The notes: generated by a model from the letters alone, not told the origin. Positions 9,701 through 18,140 are shown, counted from the stretch's first letter. The stretch: DNA of 64,000 bases from Chlamydiales bacterium (GCA_047611865.1 JBLFWS010000001.1:46517-110516); one strand, 5' to 3'. Numbers and translations: made by a program.

Positions 9701-10817
9701 CTGACAAAAGGCTTATTCGAAAAGCAAGAGCTCGCTGCTCCCCTTCACCAAGAGAAATGTCTTGCAATTCCTCACTCATCATCTCAAGAGTTCTACGGGA
9801 GCCTATGTTTTCCAATGAATCTTTTATCTCCAACAAGGCAAATAGCGCCTTTTGGTCGTTAGCAACCCCTTGCCCTATAGCTTCAGCTTGTTTTTCCTTA
9901 CGTGTTGTCACAGCTTCAACTGTTGTATACGCCTGTTGAAGCTCTTCTCCACCTGATTGGTGACACTGCGCACACTTTGCCTGCATCAATCCGGAAACAT
10001 AGAGGGGTGTTGTTTGAAAAAGCAGGTGATGTCCCGGCCTGCCATTAAACACTCTGGCCATTGCAGGATCGTTTTCTTCATCATTCTCAGTGAAAACTAT
10101 TTTATGCCCCTCTGAAGACTCTTCATAGGTTCCATCATAAACCGGCCCATGGGCCCTTCCGGATGTAATAGATCGCCCATTACCATTGTGACAAACAACA
10201 CAACCAATTTCATCAGAGGAATGATACTCAAAAGGACGCTCTTCTCTACCAATCAGTGGGTGCATAGCAAGAGCTTTGGTCATATCCAGGGAATGCCCAT
10301 GCTCTTCAATAGATTTCAAATGACTCAGACGTTCAGCCTCATCCAGGCGCCGCTGAATTTCTTCTTCTTCACCATTTTCTCTAAGCTGTTCTATAAGCTT
10401 TTTATCCGTGAGTGACGCTACCTTAGTATCAAGAAGCTTCCATACGTACTCTTCATTTTCGATTTGTACAGGACGGCCATTCTCTCCGATAATCATGTTG
10501 CCATTTATATCATAAGCTATTTTTGTAGGAGAAAAATGACTCAACTTTAAAGCTACATGACATGTGGTACAGCGATCTATAGTTTCCGGACCTTTGTCTT
10601 CCTTGGGGATAACAATCTGTTTAATTCCCAATTTAAAATCAGGGGCCCGTTCACCCGTATGAGTTGAGCGAAATTCCTCAAGATCTACATAAGTATTTTG
10701 ATAGATCTTATATTCGGGAAACATCTCATAGTAGACGAAAACCCCAAATAATAATGCCGATACCACTGATAGAGAAATCAGTATTATTTGGTAAATGTCA
10801 GCCCGATCAAAACGCAT
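6714..10817 (-). CDS. Large membrane-anchored multiheme cytochrome c (7 CxxCH motifs)
   Basis: CTTCH, CVVCH, CAQCH, CYACH, CASCH, CMQCH, CSHCH; N-terminal TM anchor; several MP axial-ligand motifs. Confidence 0.9.
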   Translation of the reverse strand: MRFDRADIYQIILISLSVVSALLFGVFVYYEMFPEYKIYQNTYVDLEEFRSTHTGERAPDFKLGIKQIVIPKEDKGPETIDRCTTCHVALKLSHFSPTKIAYDINGNMIIGENGRPVQIENEEYVWKLLDTKVASLTDKKLIEQLRENGEEEEIQRRLDEAERLSHLKSIEEHGHSLDMTKALAMHPLIGREERPFEYHSSDEIGCVVCHNGNGRSITSGRAHGPVYDGTYEESSEGHKIVFTENDEENDPAMARVFNGRPGHHLLFQTTPLYVSGLMQAKCAQCHQSGGEELQQAYTTVEAVTTRKEKQAEAIGQGVANDQKALFALLEIKDSLENIGSRRTLEMMSEELQDISLGEGEQRALAFRISLLSGVQDYLQKTDKYVDDEAVLNAINGEISKILGSEIYLRKLEAEARALASSPTETLLGFLSRHVSNGKGISGSIFAKMAAMEEAGEVIQLMDRVKAPLETAILDQELVHGLRSDAEDAMGSYFRGQQLYMSTACYACHKIGGLSRGQVGPDLSEIGQMYPWYVKEAIVWPQSNLKTSTMPNFKLDHEEVEDLLAFLMAQRKEDKTTSEVLTQVSLKEWAGGKKRAWEKPLPVSEWNDVEVAMDIYTNEGCASCHRLKGFESNVGYRVEKEEASFKEVFKERQWFYRLFPEDLIGSRIVDMIDQKGQEIDKRIVQNVRESSILEKIEEKTPKILSSFYSPFKYAMRAKNHHYEQLIAKAESSTERSRILEEHEHYKDLVQRVFMMYIQEYGLGRDIAPRLHWSGVYRDNEWLIGHFRNPSAYTARSIMPVMPLDESKFYALTNMLRVLGKQNRDSLREIWDERGFDPAMAYEWHCMQCHGEHFHGKGTVSQWIYPIPKNLRDATFLRNLTRERAVNSITHGVQGTPMPPWGETAAAAELGDSSALLKESEIERIVDWLFQSLPGAHVIKSENDVEKWKYTPEDVLKELYEEKDVLQGETEDKVDDSMSEVLSSGFIPNFLLATKFFKSEEKKIGKAPEVDEVFDVKDAVEGVEEKEFFIKQKYYTEKNISEGGSLFLANCSHCHGKEAAGDGPRSATMEEAKPRMLTNLPWLKTRDDLRLLRSIKYGVPGTAMTPWGDKTNTLQRIQLVMFIRSLSVEKKHREDMVSVLFNAFETTGRAISDTRNIEGKKLNVLQGEYKRALRARQDNYEKSQEGTITLEEAARSYSKELVVMDHLKKRKEVDAILLNLKDEFDDEQKFYSEIGLRFIAKKADEKIITKLFEIIALNKGRYTRLNGDLLMEKDPYRERFMQNKAQEIVRDLDHQVDVNQRKVDRLRGKLPSLERSDELAKVGERLEAMKGMKAVLLSQMRLAAQSRSKQAEIYENYKEKIATFVSDRS

Positions 10818-10832
10818 TATCGTCTCCCACCA

Positions 10833-12158
10833 TTAGTGTCTTGCAAAGTTCTCCGTCCATGGCCAAATCCATCCCCAGTTTGCCCCTCTGAAGTACGTTC
10901 CAATTATTACCAGGATTCCCTGTGTCGTCATAAAAAACGTGTACAAAAATATCGCCATATATCGGCTGCGGTGATACCACACGCCTGATCCATAGGGATT
11001 TCTATCAAGATAAGGGACTACCATAAGCCCCACAACAATTAACCCTGGTATTCCTACACCACCCCAGAAAGCACTATAAGCAACCATCTCTTGAAGACCC
11101 AGAAAATACCACGGAGCCTTTGAGGGATTGGGGGGTTTTGTTGCGTTCGCCGCCTCTTCCAATGGTGCATCTATAAATGATAAAATCATGATCAAAACTA
11201 CGGTAAACATAAATGCAATTAACTCGGCACGAAGAAGGTGCGGCCAAGTAAATATGTAGTTATATGGTCCCCTATCAACAGTGGGACACGTCCCTCTAAC
11301 AAGCTCCATTAAGCCGTAGGTTCTGCGAACCCCCGGCGCAAAAGTCTCCTTAGTATCCGATCTTTGTACAACACGATAGGGTTCTGGTGAAACTTTGTCC
11401 GGAGGACGCGCCAAGCCACCATCTTTTCTAATACGCCAGAAGTGTACTCCTATTAAAATCCCCGCGGCAAGGGGGAGCACCATCACGTGAAGTACGTAAA
11501 ATCGTATGAGTGCATCTTGTCCAACGCTGGTGGACGCAATAAGCATAATACGGTTAATGTTGTGTTCCATTCCGGGTATTCCCGGAGCATAGCCAGCAAT
11601 TTCAGATCCTACAGTTACCGCCCAAAATGCCAGCTGATCCCAAGGAAGAAGGTATCCAGTAAAAGACAGCAGGAGGGTAAGCACCATTAGAATCACGCCA
11701 ATTACCCAGTTAAATCTTCTTTCTCCTTTATAGGAACCCATATAGAAGACACGCGACATATGGAGAAAGACGAACAACACCATCATGTGTGCACCCCAGC
11801 GGTGCAAATTACGAAACATCTGAGCGAAAGGCGTCACATCCTGCCAGTCTTTCATAATGTCGTAAGCCCTGTCTTCTGCAGGCACATAATAAAACATAAG
11901 CACCACACCAGTGATCACCAGTGTAATAAACAGGCTCATCGTAATGGAGCCGAGACCCAAAGTCTTGAAAAAATCCGTTGTGCTTTTGTGACATTTCACC
12001 GGGTGAATATGAAGGAAGAAGTTCTTAAAAACAATTTCTGATCGGTCAACATCATTGTTGGGATAACCATGACGAAAGATGGAACGTACCACTAGTTTAG
12101 GAAGGTTCTCTAGGTACTCCAACCAGGTCTCTCTCTTTTCCCCTTTAAAAACTGCCAT
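10833..12158 (-). CDS. Cytochrome b of a Rieske/cyt b complex (b6-like N-terminus fused to subunit IV)
   Basis: RNLHRWGAH, LHMSRVF, FTGYLLPWDQ, FYVLH...VHFW; Qo-site variant PNPSKAPWYF. Confidence 0.92.
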   Translation of the reverse strand: MAVFKGEKRETWLEYLENLPKLVVRSIFRHGYPNNDVDRSEIVFKNFFLHIHPVKCHKSTTDFFKTLGLGSITMSLFITLVITGVVLMFYYVPAEDRAYDIMKDWQDVTPFAQMFRNLHRWGAHMMVLFVFLHMSRVFYMGSYKGERRFNWVIGVILMVLTLLLSFTGYLLPWDQLAFWAVTVGSEIAGYAPGIPGMEHNINRIMLIASTSVGQDALIRFYVLHVMVLPLAAGILIGVHFWRIRKDGGLARPPDKVSPEPYRVVQRSDTKETFAPGVRRTYGLMELVRGTCPTVDRGPYNYIFTWPHLLRAELIAFMFTVVLIMILSFIDAPLEEAANATKPPNPSKAPWYFLGLQEMVAYSAFWGGVGIPGLIVVGLMVVPYLDRNPYGSGVWYHRSRYMAIFLYTFFMTTQGILVIIGTYFRGANWGWIWPWTENFARH

Positions 12159-12196
12159 GTGCTTACGCTCTCCTCAAAACATCTTCATTGTGCTGT

Positions 12197-12712
12197 CTAA
12201 ACATACCATGCAACCTGTGGATCGTGTATTAGTTTTGTTTTATCTGCCAGAAGTTCTCCTGACGCTCCTTTTGAAACATTAAAATATACCAATGGGCTAG
12301 GAGCAGGCCCTCCCGTATTAAAGCCATTCCGATCATATGTTGATCCGTGACATGGACATTGATATCCTGTTTCTACAGCGTTAACAGTGCAGCCCAAGTG
12401 AGTACAAACTGCCGTTTGAACACGTACTTTTCCAGAAACCACCTCAACAAAACACTTGAACTTCTCCAGAAAAACCTTTCCCTCTGTTGCCAGAACATCC
12501 TCTGGCCTTCCAATTGAAAAAACGCTAGGCGGAATTTTCAGAGCGTTAGGGTAAAGAAAACCCATAAGCGCAACACTCACAGCTCCTCCAACACCCATAC
12601 ACACACCCGTTCCCATCAAGGCAAGAAAAGTCCTTCTTGTAATTTTTGGGTCATTGCTCTTAGGATCCACGTTTAATGAATTTCGAAACCTAGGCATAAC
12701 ACCCTCCTTCAT
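12197..12712 (-). CDS. Rieske [2Fe-2S] protein with twin-arginine signal
   Basis: TRRTFL Tat motif; CTHLGC and CPCHGS. Confidence 0.93.
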   Translation of the reverse strand: MKEGVMPRFRNSLNVDPKSNDPKITRRTFLALMGTGVCMGVGGAVSVALMGFLYPNALKIPPSVFSIGRPEDVLATEGKVFLEKFKCFVEVVSGKVRVQTAVCTHLGCTVNAVETGYQCPCHGSTYDRNGFNTGGPAPSPLVYFNVSKGASGELLADKTKLIHDPQVAWYV

Positions 12713-12852
12713 TCTCCATTTTGTTCCTCATCACGAAACATCTGGTATTTAACATCTTCCAAATCATCGAACTGCCCTTTTTTCCAAAAATAGACAAAGA
12801 CTCCAGTCGCCGCTAACCCACCAATTAATGTCGCTGCAAGATATACTACCAC
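12709..12852 (-). CDS. ccoS: CcoS/FixS-family small membrane protein (47 aa, not in the ORF track)
   Basis: Hand translation from GTG at 12852 (AAGGGG 7 nt upstream): MVVYLAATLIGGLAATGVFVYFWKKGQFDDLEDVKYQMFRDEEQNGE*. Its TGA overlaps the Rieske ATG (ATGA). Confidence 0.75.
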   Translation of the reverse strand: MVVYLAATLIGGLAATGVFVYFWKKGQFDDLEDVKYQMFRDEEQNGE

Positions 12853-12869
12853 TCCATCGCCCCTTCATA

Positions 12870-14702
12870 CTATCCAATCCACCGAAAAGAGTAATTCATC
12901 GTATCCATTGTAACAGCTTGAGTAGGACATTTTTCGGCACACAACCCACAACGTATACAAAGGTCTTCATCTTTCAACATTGCAGACCCTGCTGTATTAA
13001 GTTCTTCAGCTGTCATTTCAGAAGAATCGAATCCATAGTTATTGTCCACAGCTTTACGCATATTGCCCTCTCCCCAATCCAAGTTCAATTTCGATAAAGG
13101 TATCAACGTAAGACAATTTGTAGGGCAAACATCTACACAACCATTACATTTTATACAAAGAGATCCATCAAATACTGGACTTACATGACACTGTAAACAA
13201 CGACTTGCTTGCTGATGCGCCTCTTCTGCAGTATAAGGATTTTCAACAATATTTAGATTTTTCCGCCTCTCCTCTGCCGGCTGAAGAGAAGGAAGAGACC
13301 ATTTTGTACTCAGGTATTCTTTATCTCGCATAGGTGGAATTGTTCTGAACTCTCCAACGAACTCCTGGTAAGGCTTTGTTCCTCTCAAATCACTGTCAAT
13401 AGCCCTTGCAGATTCTTGCCCATGACGTATTGCTGTAATGAACAACGCAGGCCCATATCCGGCATCCCCCCCACAATAAATCCCATTTACAGATGTTCTA
13501 CCAGTTCCTCTTTCTACTTTTATAATTCCCCTTTCAAGGGTAAGGTCAGCTTTCTTGTCCCACCCGTCAAAAAGACTCGTATCCATTCCCTGGCCGATAG
13601 CTAAAGCTATGGTATCACAAGGCACAACATACTCTGTTCCTTCAACAAACTCGGGTGAAAAACCCCCTTTATGATTAAAAAGTCGAGAGATCTTCTGTAC
13701 ACGCAGCCCAATAATCTTCCCGTCGCTGTCACGTTCCACCGCCTTTGGACCTAGCCTGTTGAGGACCTCAATTCCCTCTTCAAGCGCATCTTCAATCTCA
13801 AATTCATCAGCTGTTTGTTCATCTCGAGATTCCAGGCAAACCAGAGTAACCTTATCAGCTCCATTGCGTATAGAAGACCGCGCCACATCGTAAGATACGT
13901 TACCCCCACCAACAACGACTATATGATTACCTATTCTCCATTTCCCCCCGCCCGTAATCACCTTAAGATACTCTACGCCTCTGATTATGTCTGCCTGGTC
14001 TGTTCCGGGAATGGGTAACTCTCGGGACTTCCATAAACCATTGCCGATAAAAATCGCGTCATACTTTTCCTGCATTTCAGTAATCGTTATATCTCGGCCA
14101 ACTTTCGTATTATAGTGGATATTAGCGCCCAAGTATTCTATCGCATAGCATTCGTTGATGATTACATCATTTTTCAGTCTGTAATTGGGGACACCATAGG
14201 TTAACATCCCCCCTGGCATACTCATCATTTCATAAATATCGACAGAATATCCCAAGCGAAGAAGGTCGTGTGCTGCCGTTAACGAGGCCACTCCCGCCCC
14301 TATGCAACCCACCTTCATTCCATTCGGTTTTGGGTTGGTCGTTCCACGTGAGTAGCTAAATTCCAGAGCTTTAATGTGAGCTTCCTTATCCACCCCGAAC
14401 CACTCATCGAGAAAACGTTTTTGTGCACGAATGGTAAGAGTTTTATCTACTCGATCTCTCCGACAGGCTGTTTCACAGGGAGCCCCGCATATCCATCCAC
14501 AGATAGACGCGAAAGGATTAGGCCCTCGAGCAATTTTATAACCCTCCAAAAGGTTACCTGCTTGTAACGCAAGCATATACCCTCGAGCATCTGTATTAAC
14601 AGGACATCCGTCGCGACAGTCGATTTGTTTCAGATAATAATCTAGATCTGGAATAACAACGTCATAACTATCTTTATAGATATCAACCAGCTCTTTTGAC
14701 AC
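12870..14702 (-). CDS. FAD/NAD(P)-binding Fe-S oxidoreductase (GltD/NfnB/DsrL-like) with a C-terminal 2[4Fe-4S] ferredoxin domain
   Basis: CRDGCP...ICGWICGAPCETAC, GGMLTYGVPNYRL, VVGGGNV, SRCLQC, CIKCNGCVDVCP, CIRCGLCAEKCP. Confidence 0.88.
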   Translation of the reverse strand: MSKELVDIYKDSYDVVIPDLDYYLKQIDCRDGCPVNTDARGYMLALQAGNLLEGYKIARGPNPFASICGWICGAPCETACRRDRVDKTLTIRAQKRFLDEWFGVDKEAHIKALEFSYSRGTTNPKPNGMKVGCIGAGVASLTAAHDLLRLGYSVDIYEMMSMPGGMLTYGVPNYRLKNDVIINECYAIEYLGANIHYNTKVGRDITITEMQEKYDAIFIGNGLWKSRELPIPGTDQADIIRGVEYLKVITGGGKWRIGNHIVVVGGGNVSYDVARSSIRNGADKVTLVCLESRDEQTADEFEIEDALEEGIEVLNRLGPKAVERDSDGKIIGLRVQKISRLFNHKGGFSPEFVEGTEYVVPCDTIALAIGQGMDTSLFDGWDKKADLTLERGIIKVERGTGRTSVNGIYCGGDAGYGPALFITAIRHGQESARAIDSDLRGTKPYQEFVGEFRTIPPMRDKEYLSTKWSLPSLQPAEERRKNLNIVENPYTAEEAHQQASRCLQCHVSPVFDGSLCIKCNGCVDVCPTNCLTLIPLSKLNLDWGEGNMRKAVDNNYGFDSSEMTAEELNTAGSAMLKDEDLCIRCGLCAEKCPTQAVTMDTMNYSFRWIG

Positions 14703-14920
14703 AGTAATCCCCTTGACATCATTTTCTTTTCAAAACCCTATCAAATATTTCTGTTTTTTAAAATCGTTTTCCAAAATATTGTTTTTAAAGCGCCTATCAA
14801 ACCCCGCCTCTTCGCGACGATCTCGAAAGACAAGCCCTTCCCCTCCTGCCTCGACAGAAACAATTGATAAACATATACTCAAGATTGAGTTTTTGATTCA
14901 ATATCATAAGGAATTGTTTT

Positions 14921-16498
14921 ATGCATCTTGTCATAGTCAACACCAGTTCCAAGGGTGGAAAAGAGTTACAAACCGCTCTACTGCAGGAATCTTACAAAGA
15001 TGGGAACGATCTAAAAACACGCACCATTGCCAAGCTCATGGAGTGTACGGAAGATGAGATCCATGCTGTACAGATGGCATTCCAACACAAAGACAAAATG
15101 CTTAAACTGAACCTTCCTAAACTACCGTCAAATACACACAGCCCTCAAGTTCTTAAACAAAACACTCCCATTGGGGCCGCATGGGTTGCAAAATCCGTCG
15201 CAGAATACTTAGGTATCGCTGATGCCCTTGGCACAACAAAGCCTGGTAAATTAGCCCTGCTCCAAATTTTGTCTCATGTTGTTGAACCCACCCTATACCC
15301 CCTTTCCAGGTTTGCTGAACAAACTCATTATTTAATTAACTCTCTTGACCTCCCCATCGACATTGATGCAAAAGACCTTCACAGAGACCTGACATGGTTA
15401 TCGAAAAACAAGTCCAAAATAGAAAAGAGAATATTCAAGTTTCGCACCAAGGGGGTTTCTGACCGCCTTTTCTTTTACAATATCTCCAGCCCATACCTCT
15501 CCACCCGCCTGAACCCTCTTGAAATTTTTGAACGAAACCTAGATCAAAGTCACTTCCCGGGGCTGGGTCTTCTATGTGATCAAGAAGGCTACCCCGTATC
15601 CATTTGCCTACCTAATCCAGAGAAAAACCAAACAGTGCTTGATAATGCTCTAAAATTAGCCAAAGACTACTCCGTAGATTCTGTTACAGTTGTACGTCAT
15701 AACTCCAGCTCTATGGAAAAAGATAACATCCCTCAGGTTGCAAACTATCTTTCACATGTCACCTCTCCCGAAGACATAGCGTTCCTCAAAGCACACATAC
15801 TCCTGGATAAAGTTGAAGACCTTAGTCTCACAAAAAGAAACGACCACAAACACTTTCTTATCAAAAGGGACCCAAAGCGCTCGAAAATTCTTAAAGAAAT
15901 GCGCGAAGACCAGCTCAAGCATGCTGAACTACTCATCAATAAAGCTAACGAAAAGCTTAAAGAACAACCCACATCTTCAACAACAATTTTACAAAGCCTC
16001 CAGAGGGCCATCGAAAACATTGGAGGCTCTGAATGGCTTAAGGTACAAGAGTCTGATGTGGGGTTTATCCATGAAGTCAACCAGGAAAAGCTCAATGAAT
16101 TTTCCACCTTAGACGGCTGTCAGATTTTGGAATCCAACCTCCCTTTTAGCGGCACTTCACCAGAAATCCTTTTGGATCGCTTTAAAAACCAAAAACTTAT
16201 CGAAGAAGCCTTTCGTAACCACAGCCCTGGTTTCCACGACCTCGAGCTTGCCGATAGCCTCTTAGAAAGCACCCTTCGAGGACACTCCTTGTTGCTAATG
16301 CTCGCCTTTCTCATTAACCGCACCCTCGGAAAGGCCTGGTCTCCCTTGGGCGTTACTCCCGAGGAGGGATTAAGGGAGCTTTCTGGTATCTGTTCAATGA
16401 ATATCGGAAACAAAACCTACATAACAGAGCCCAACAAAGCCACCCAGCAACTTCTTGAAGCCTTAAACCTTAAACTACCCACTCAGACAGACTTATGA
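14921..16498 (+). CDS. IS1634-family transposase-derived protein, catalytic Asp residues apparently lost
   Basis: End-to-end resemblance to IS1634 transposases (LLQESYKDG..KTRTIAKL, GKLALLQ, GLLCDQEGYPVS, LDGC, IEEAFR, LRGH..LMLAF, TPEEGL). No IS ends seen; stop overlaps the sfsA start. Confidence 0.75.
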   Translation: MHLVIVNTSSKGGKELQTALLQESYKDGNDLKTRTIAKLMECTEDEIHAVQMAFQHKDKMLKLNLPKLPSNTHSPQVLKQNTPIGAAWVAKSVAEYLGIADALGTTKPGKLALLQILSHVVEPTLYPLSRFAEQTHYLINSLDLPIDIDAKDLHRDLTWLSKNKSKIEKRIFKFRTKGVSDRLFFYNISSPYLSTRLNPLEIFERNLDQSHFPGLGLLCDQEGYPVSICLPNPEKNQTVLDNALKLAKDYSVDSVTVVRHNSSSMEKDNIPQVANYLSHVTSPEDIAFLKAHILLDKVEDLSLTKRNDHKHFLIKRDPKRSKILKEMREDQLKHAELLINKANEKLKEQPTSSTTILQSLQRAIENIGGSEWLKVQESDVGFIHEVNQEKLNEFSTLDGCQILESNLPFSGTSPEILLDRFKNQKLIEEAFRNHSPGFHDLELADSLLESTLRGHSLLLMLAFLINRTLGKAWSPLGVTPEEGLRELSGICSMNIGNKTYITEPNKATQQLLEALNLKLPTQTDL

Positions 16499-17196
16499 AA
16501 TTTACCTCCCCTTTGCTTTCTGCCACAATCATCAAGCGTTATAAGCGTTTTTTAGTAGATGTTGAGCTCGAAGATGGTCGCATCATTACCGCTCATTGCC
16601 CCAATACTGGAAGTATGAAAACATGTATCCTCCCTGGATGGAAGGCTCTTCTCAGCTACCACAGCAACCCCAAAAGAAAGCTATCCCACACCTTGGAGCT
16701 AATCCATAATTCAGAGTGTTGGATCTGCGTTAATACCCATCAAGCTAACAAGATTGTTCACGAGGCTATACTCAACGGTGATATCCCCGAGCTCTCTCAT
16801 TATAAAACTATTCGCCCAGAGGTCAAATACTCCCAAAACAGCCGTATCGACTTCCTTTTAGAAAGCCCCAATAAAAAGCCCTGCTTCGTTGAAGTGAAAG
16901 CTGTGACCCTTCTCGGTGAAAACGAAACCATCCTATTTCCCGACTCCGTAACCACTCGAGGCCAAAAACACATCGCCGACCTTGATCAAGAACACTCGAA
17001 AGGAAACCGGGCCGTACTGCTCTTCCTGATTCAAAGAGGCGACGGCTCCCACTTTGCCCCCGCTTCCGAAATTGACCCTGAATATACCAGGCTTCTGAAA
17101 AACGCTTATTCCTCTGGATTAGAGGTTCTGGCCTACCAAACAAATATAACCCCTGAAGGCATCTGCATTCTGAAAAAAATTCCCTTTAATATTTAA
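16495..17196 (+). CDS. sfsA: DNA/RNA nuclease SfsA
   Basis: RYKRFLVDV, AHCPNTGSM, SRIDFLL, FVEVK, FPDSVTTRGQKH. Confidence 0.95.
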   Translation: MKFTSPLLSATIIKRYKRFLVDVELEDGRIITAHCPNTGSMKTCILPGWKALLSYHSNPKRKLSHTLELIHNSECWICVNTHQANKIVHEAILNGDIPELSHYKTIRPEVKYSQNSRIDFLLESPNKKPCFVEVKAVTLLGENETILFPDSVTTRGQKHIADLDQEHSKGNRAVLLFLIQRGDGSHFAPASEIDPEYTRLLKNAYSSGLEVLAYQTNITPEGICILKKIPFNI

Positions 17197-17215
17197 TCCT
17201 TAGGCAGTACTCATC

Positions 17216-17812
17216 ATGACTCTCGAAGATCAAAACCACAGCCGCCCCTTTGTTAACCTCATAAACGAGTTCGGGATGCTTTCTCGCCTCCCCCGCTCAG
17301 GGTTCTCTTTTCTCGGAACCGGGAAACAGTCTGTTGCCGAGCATAGTTTTGGCGTAATCTCAATTGCTTTTGTTCTGGCTCACTGTTGTGAAGAGACTGT
17401 TGACGAATTGCGACTGCTCCAACTCTGTCTTTTACACGATCTTCCCGAATCCCGAATTGGTGACCATAACTATGTCCAGAAAGAATACCTCTCCACCAAT
17501 GACAGCAAAGTCTTTAAAGATATCAAAGAAGCCTCTCCATTAGGAGGGTTTATTGTAGGGGCTGTTGAAGAGTTTGAAGAGCTCAAAACTCTTGAAGCCC
17601 TGCTTGCGAGAGACGCTGACCACCTAGAGCTCCTGATCACCTTAAAAAAGGAAATCGACACAGGAAACCCGCGCGCTGCTGATTGGTTTGATCTTGGTGA
17701 AAAAAGACTTCATACCCTTGTGGCCAAAAGACTTGCTCAGGGAATTAGAATTACCCCTTTCGATGAATGGTGGCTAAAAGGCGTGATCAAAAAACAACCT
17801 GAAAGTCCTTAA
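17216..17812 (+). CDS. HD-domain hydrolase (YfbR/HDDC2-like 5'-nucleotidase)
   Basis: PRSG, SVAEHS, LLHDLPE..IGD, RDADHLE. Confidence 0.85.
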   Translation: MTLEDQNHSRPFVNLINEFGMLSRLPRSGFSFLGTGKQSVAEHSFGVISIAFVLAHCCEETVDELRLLQLCLLHDLPESRIGDHNYVQKEYLSTNDSKVFKDIKEASPLGGFIVGAVEEFEELKTLEALLARDADHLELLITLKKEIDTGNPRAADWFDLGEKRLHTLVAKRLAQGIRITPFDEWWLKGVIKKQPESP

Positions 17813-18140
17813 ACGAGGCCTTTGACCTATAATGCTTAACTTCGACATTTTCCACCTCACCATGCCTTTGTGCCTTAAGGTTTTCAAGCAGCTGATCCAA
17901 ACGCTCCCTACTGCCTTGCGCAAAAATTTCCACTGTCCCATCCGCTAGGTTTTTCACGGTACCGCTTAATCCAAGCTTTGTCGCATGTTGAAGTGTTGTA
18001 GCCCTAAAGCCTACCCCCTGAACATATCCATGCACAATTGCGTGCATCTCTGAAATCTCTTCAGCCACAGCCCCTCCCGTTGCAAAAAGTAAACACACCG
18101 AACTTAATACAGAGATTGTTTCTTTCCCTATTAAATTCAT
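17787..18140 (-). CDS. acyP: Acylphosphatase
   Basis: VHGYVQGVGFR, GTVKNLADGTVE. Confidence 0.9.
   Translation of the reverse strand: MNLIGKETISVLSSVCLLFATGGAVAEEISEMHAIVHGYVQGVGFRATTLQHATKLGLSGTVKNLADGTVEIFAQGSRERLDQLLENLKAQRHGEVENVEVKHYRSKASFKDFQVVF

Noticed and set aside
7272..14567. Many short plus-strand ORFs opposite the respiratory operon, and similar shadow ORFs elsewhere
   Set aside because: They are antisense or alternate-frame shadows of well-supported genes, with no motifs.
14703..14920. FNR box upstream of the respiratory operon
   Set aside because: TTGAT half-sites are present, but no TTGAT-N4-ATCAA with correct spacing.
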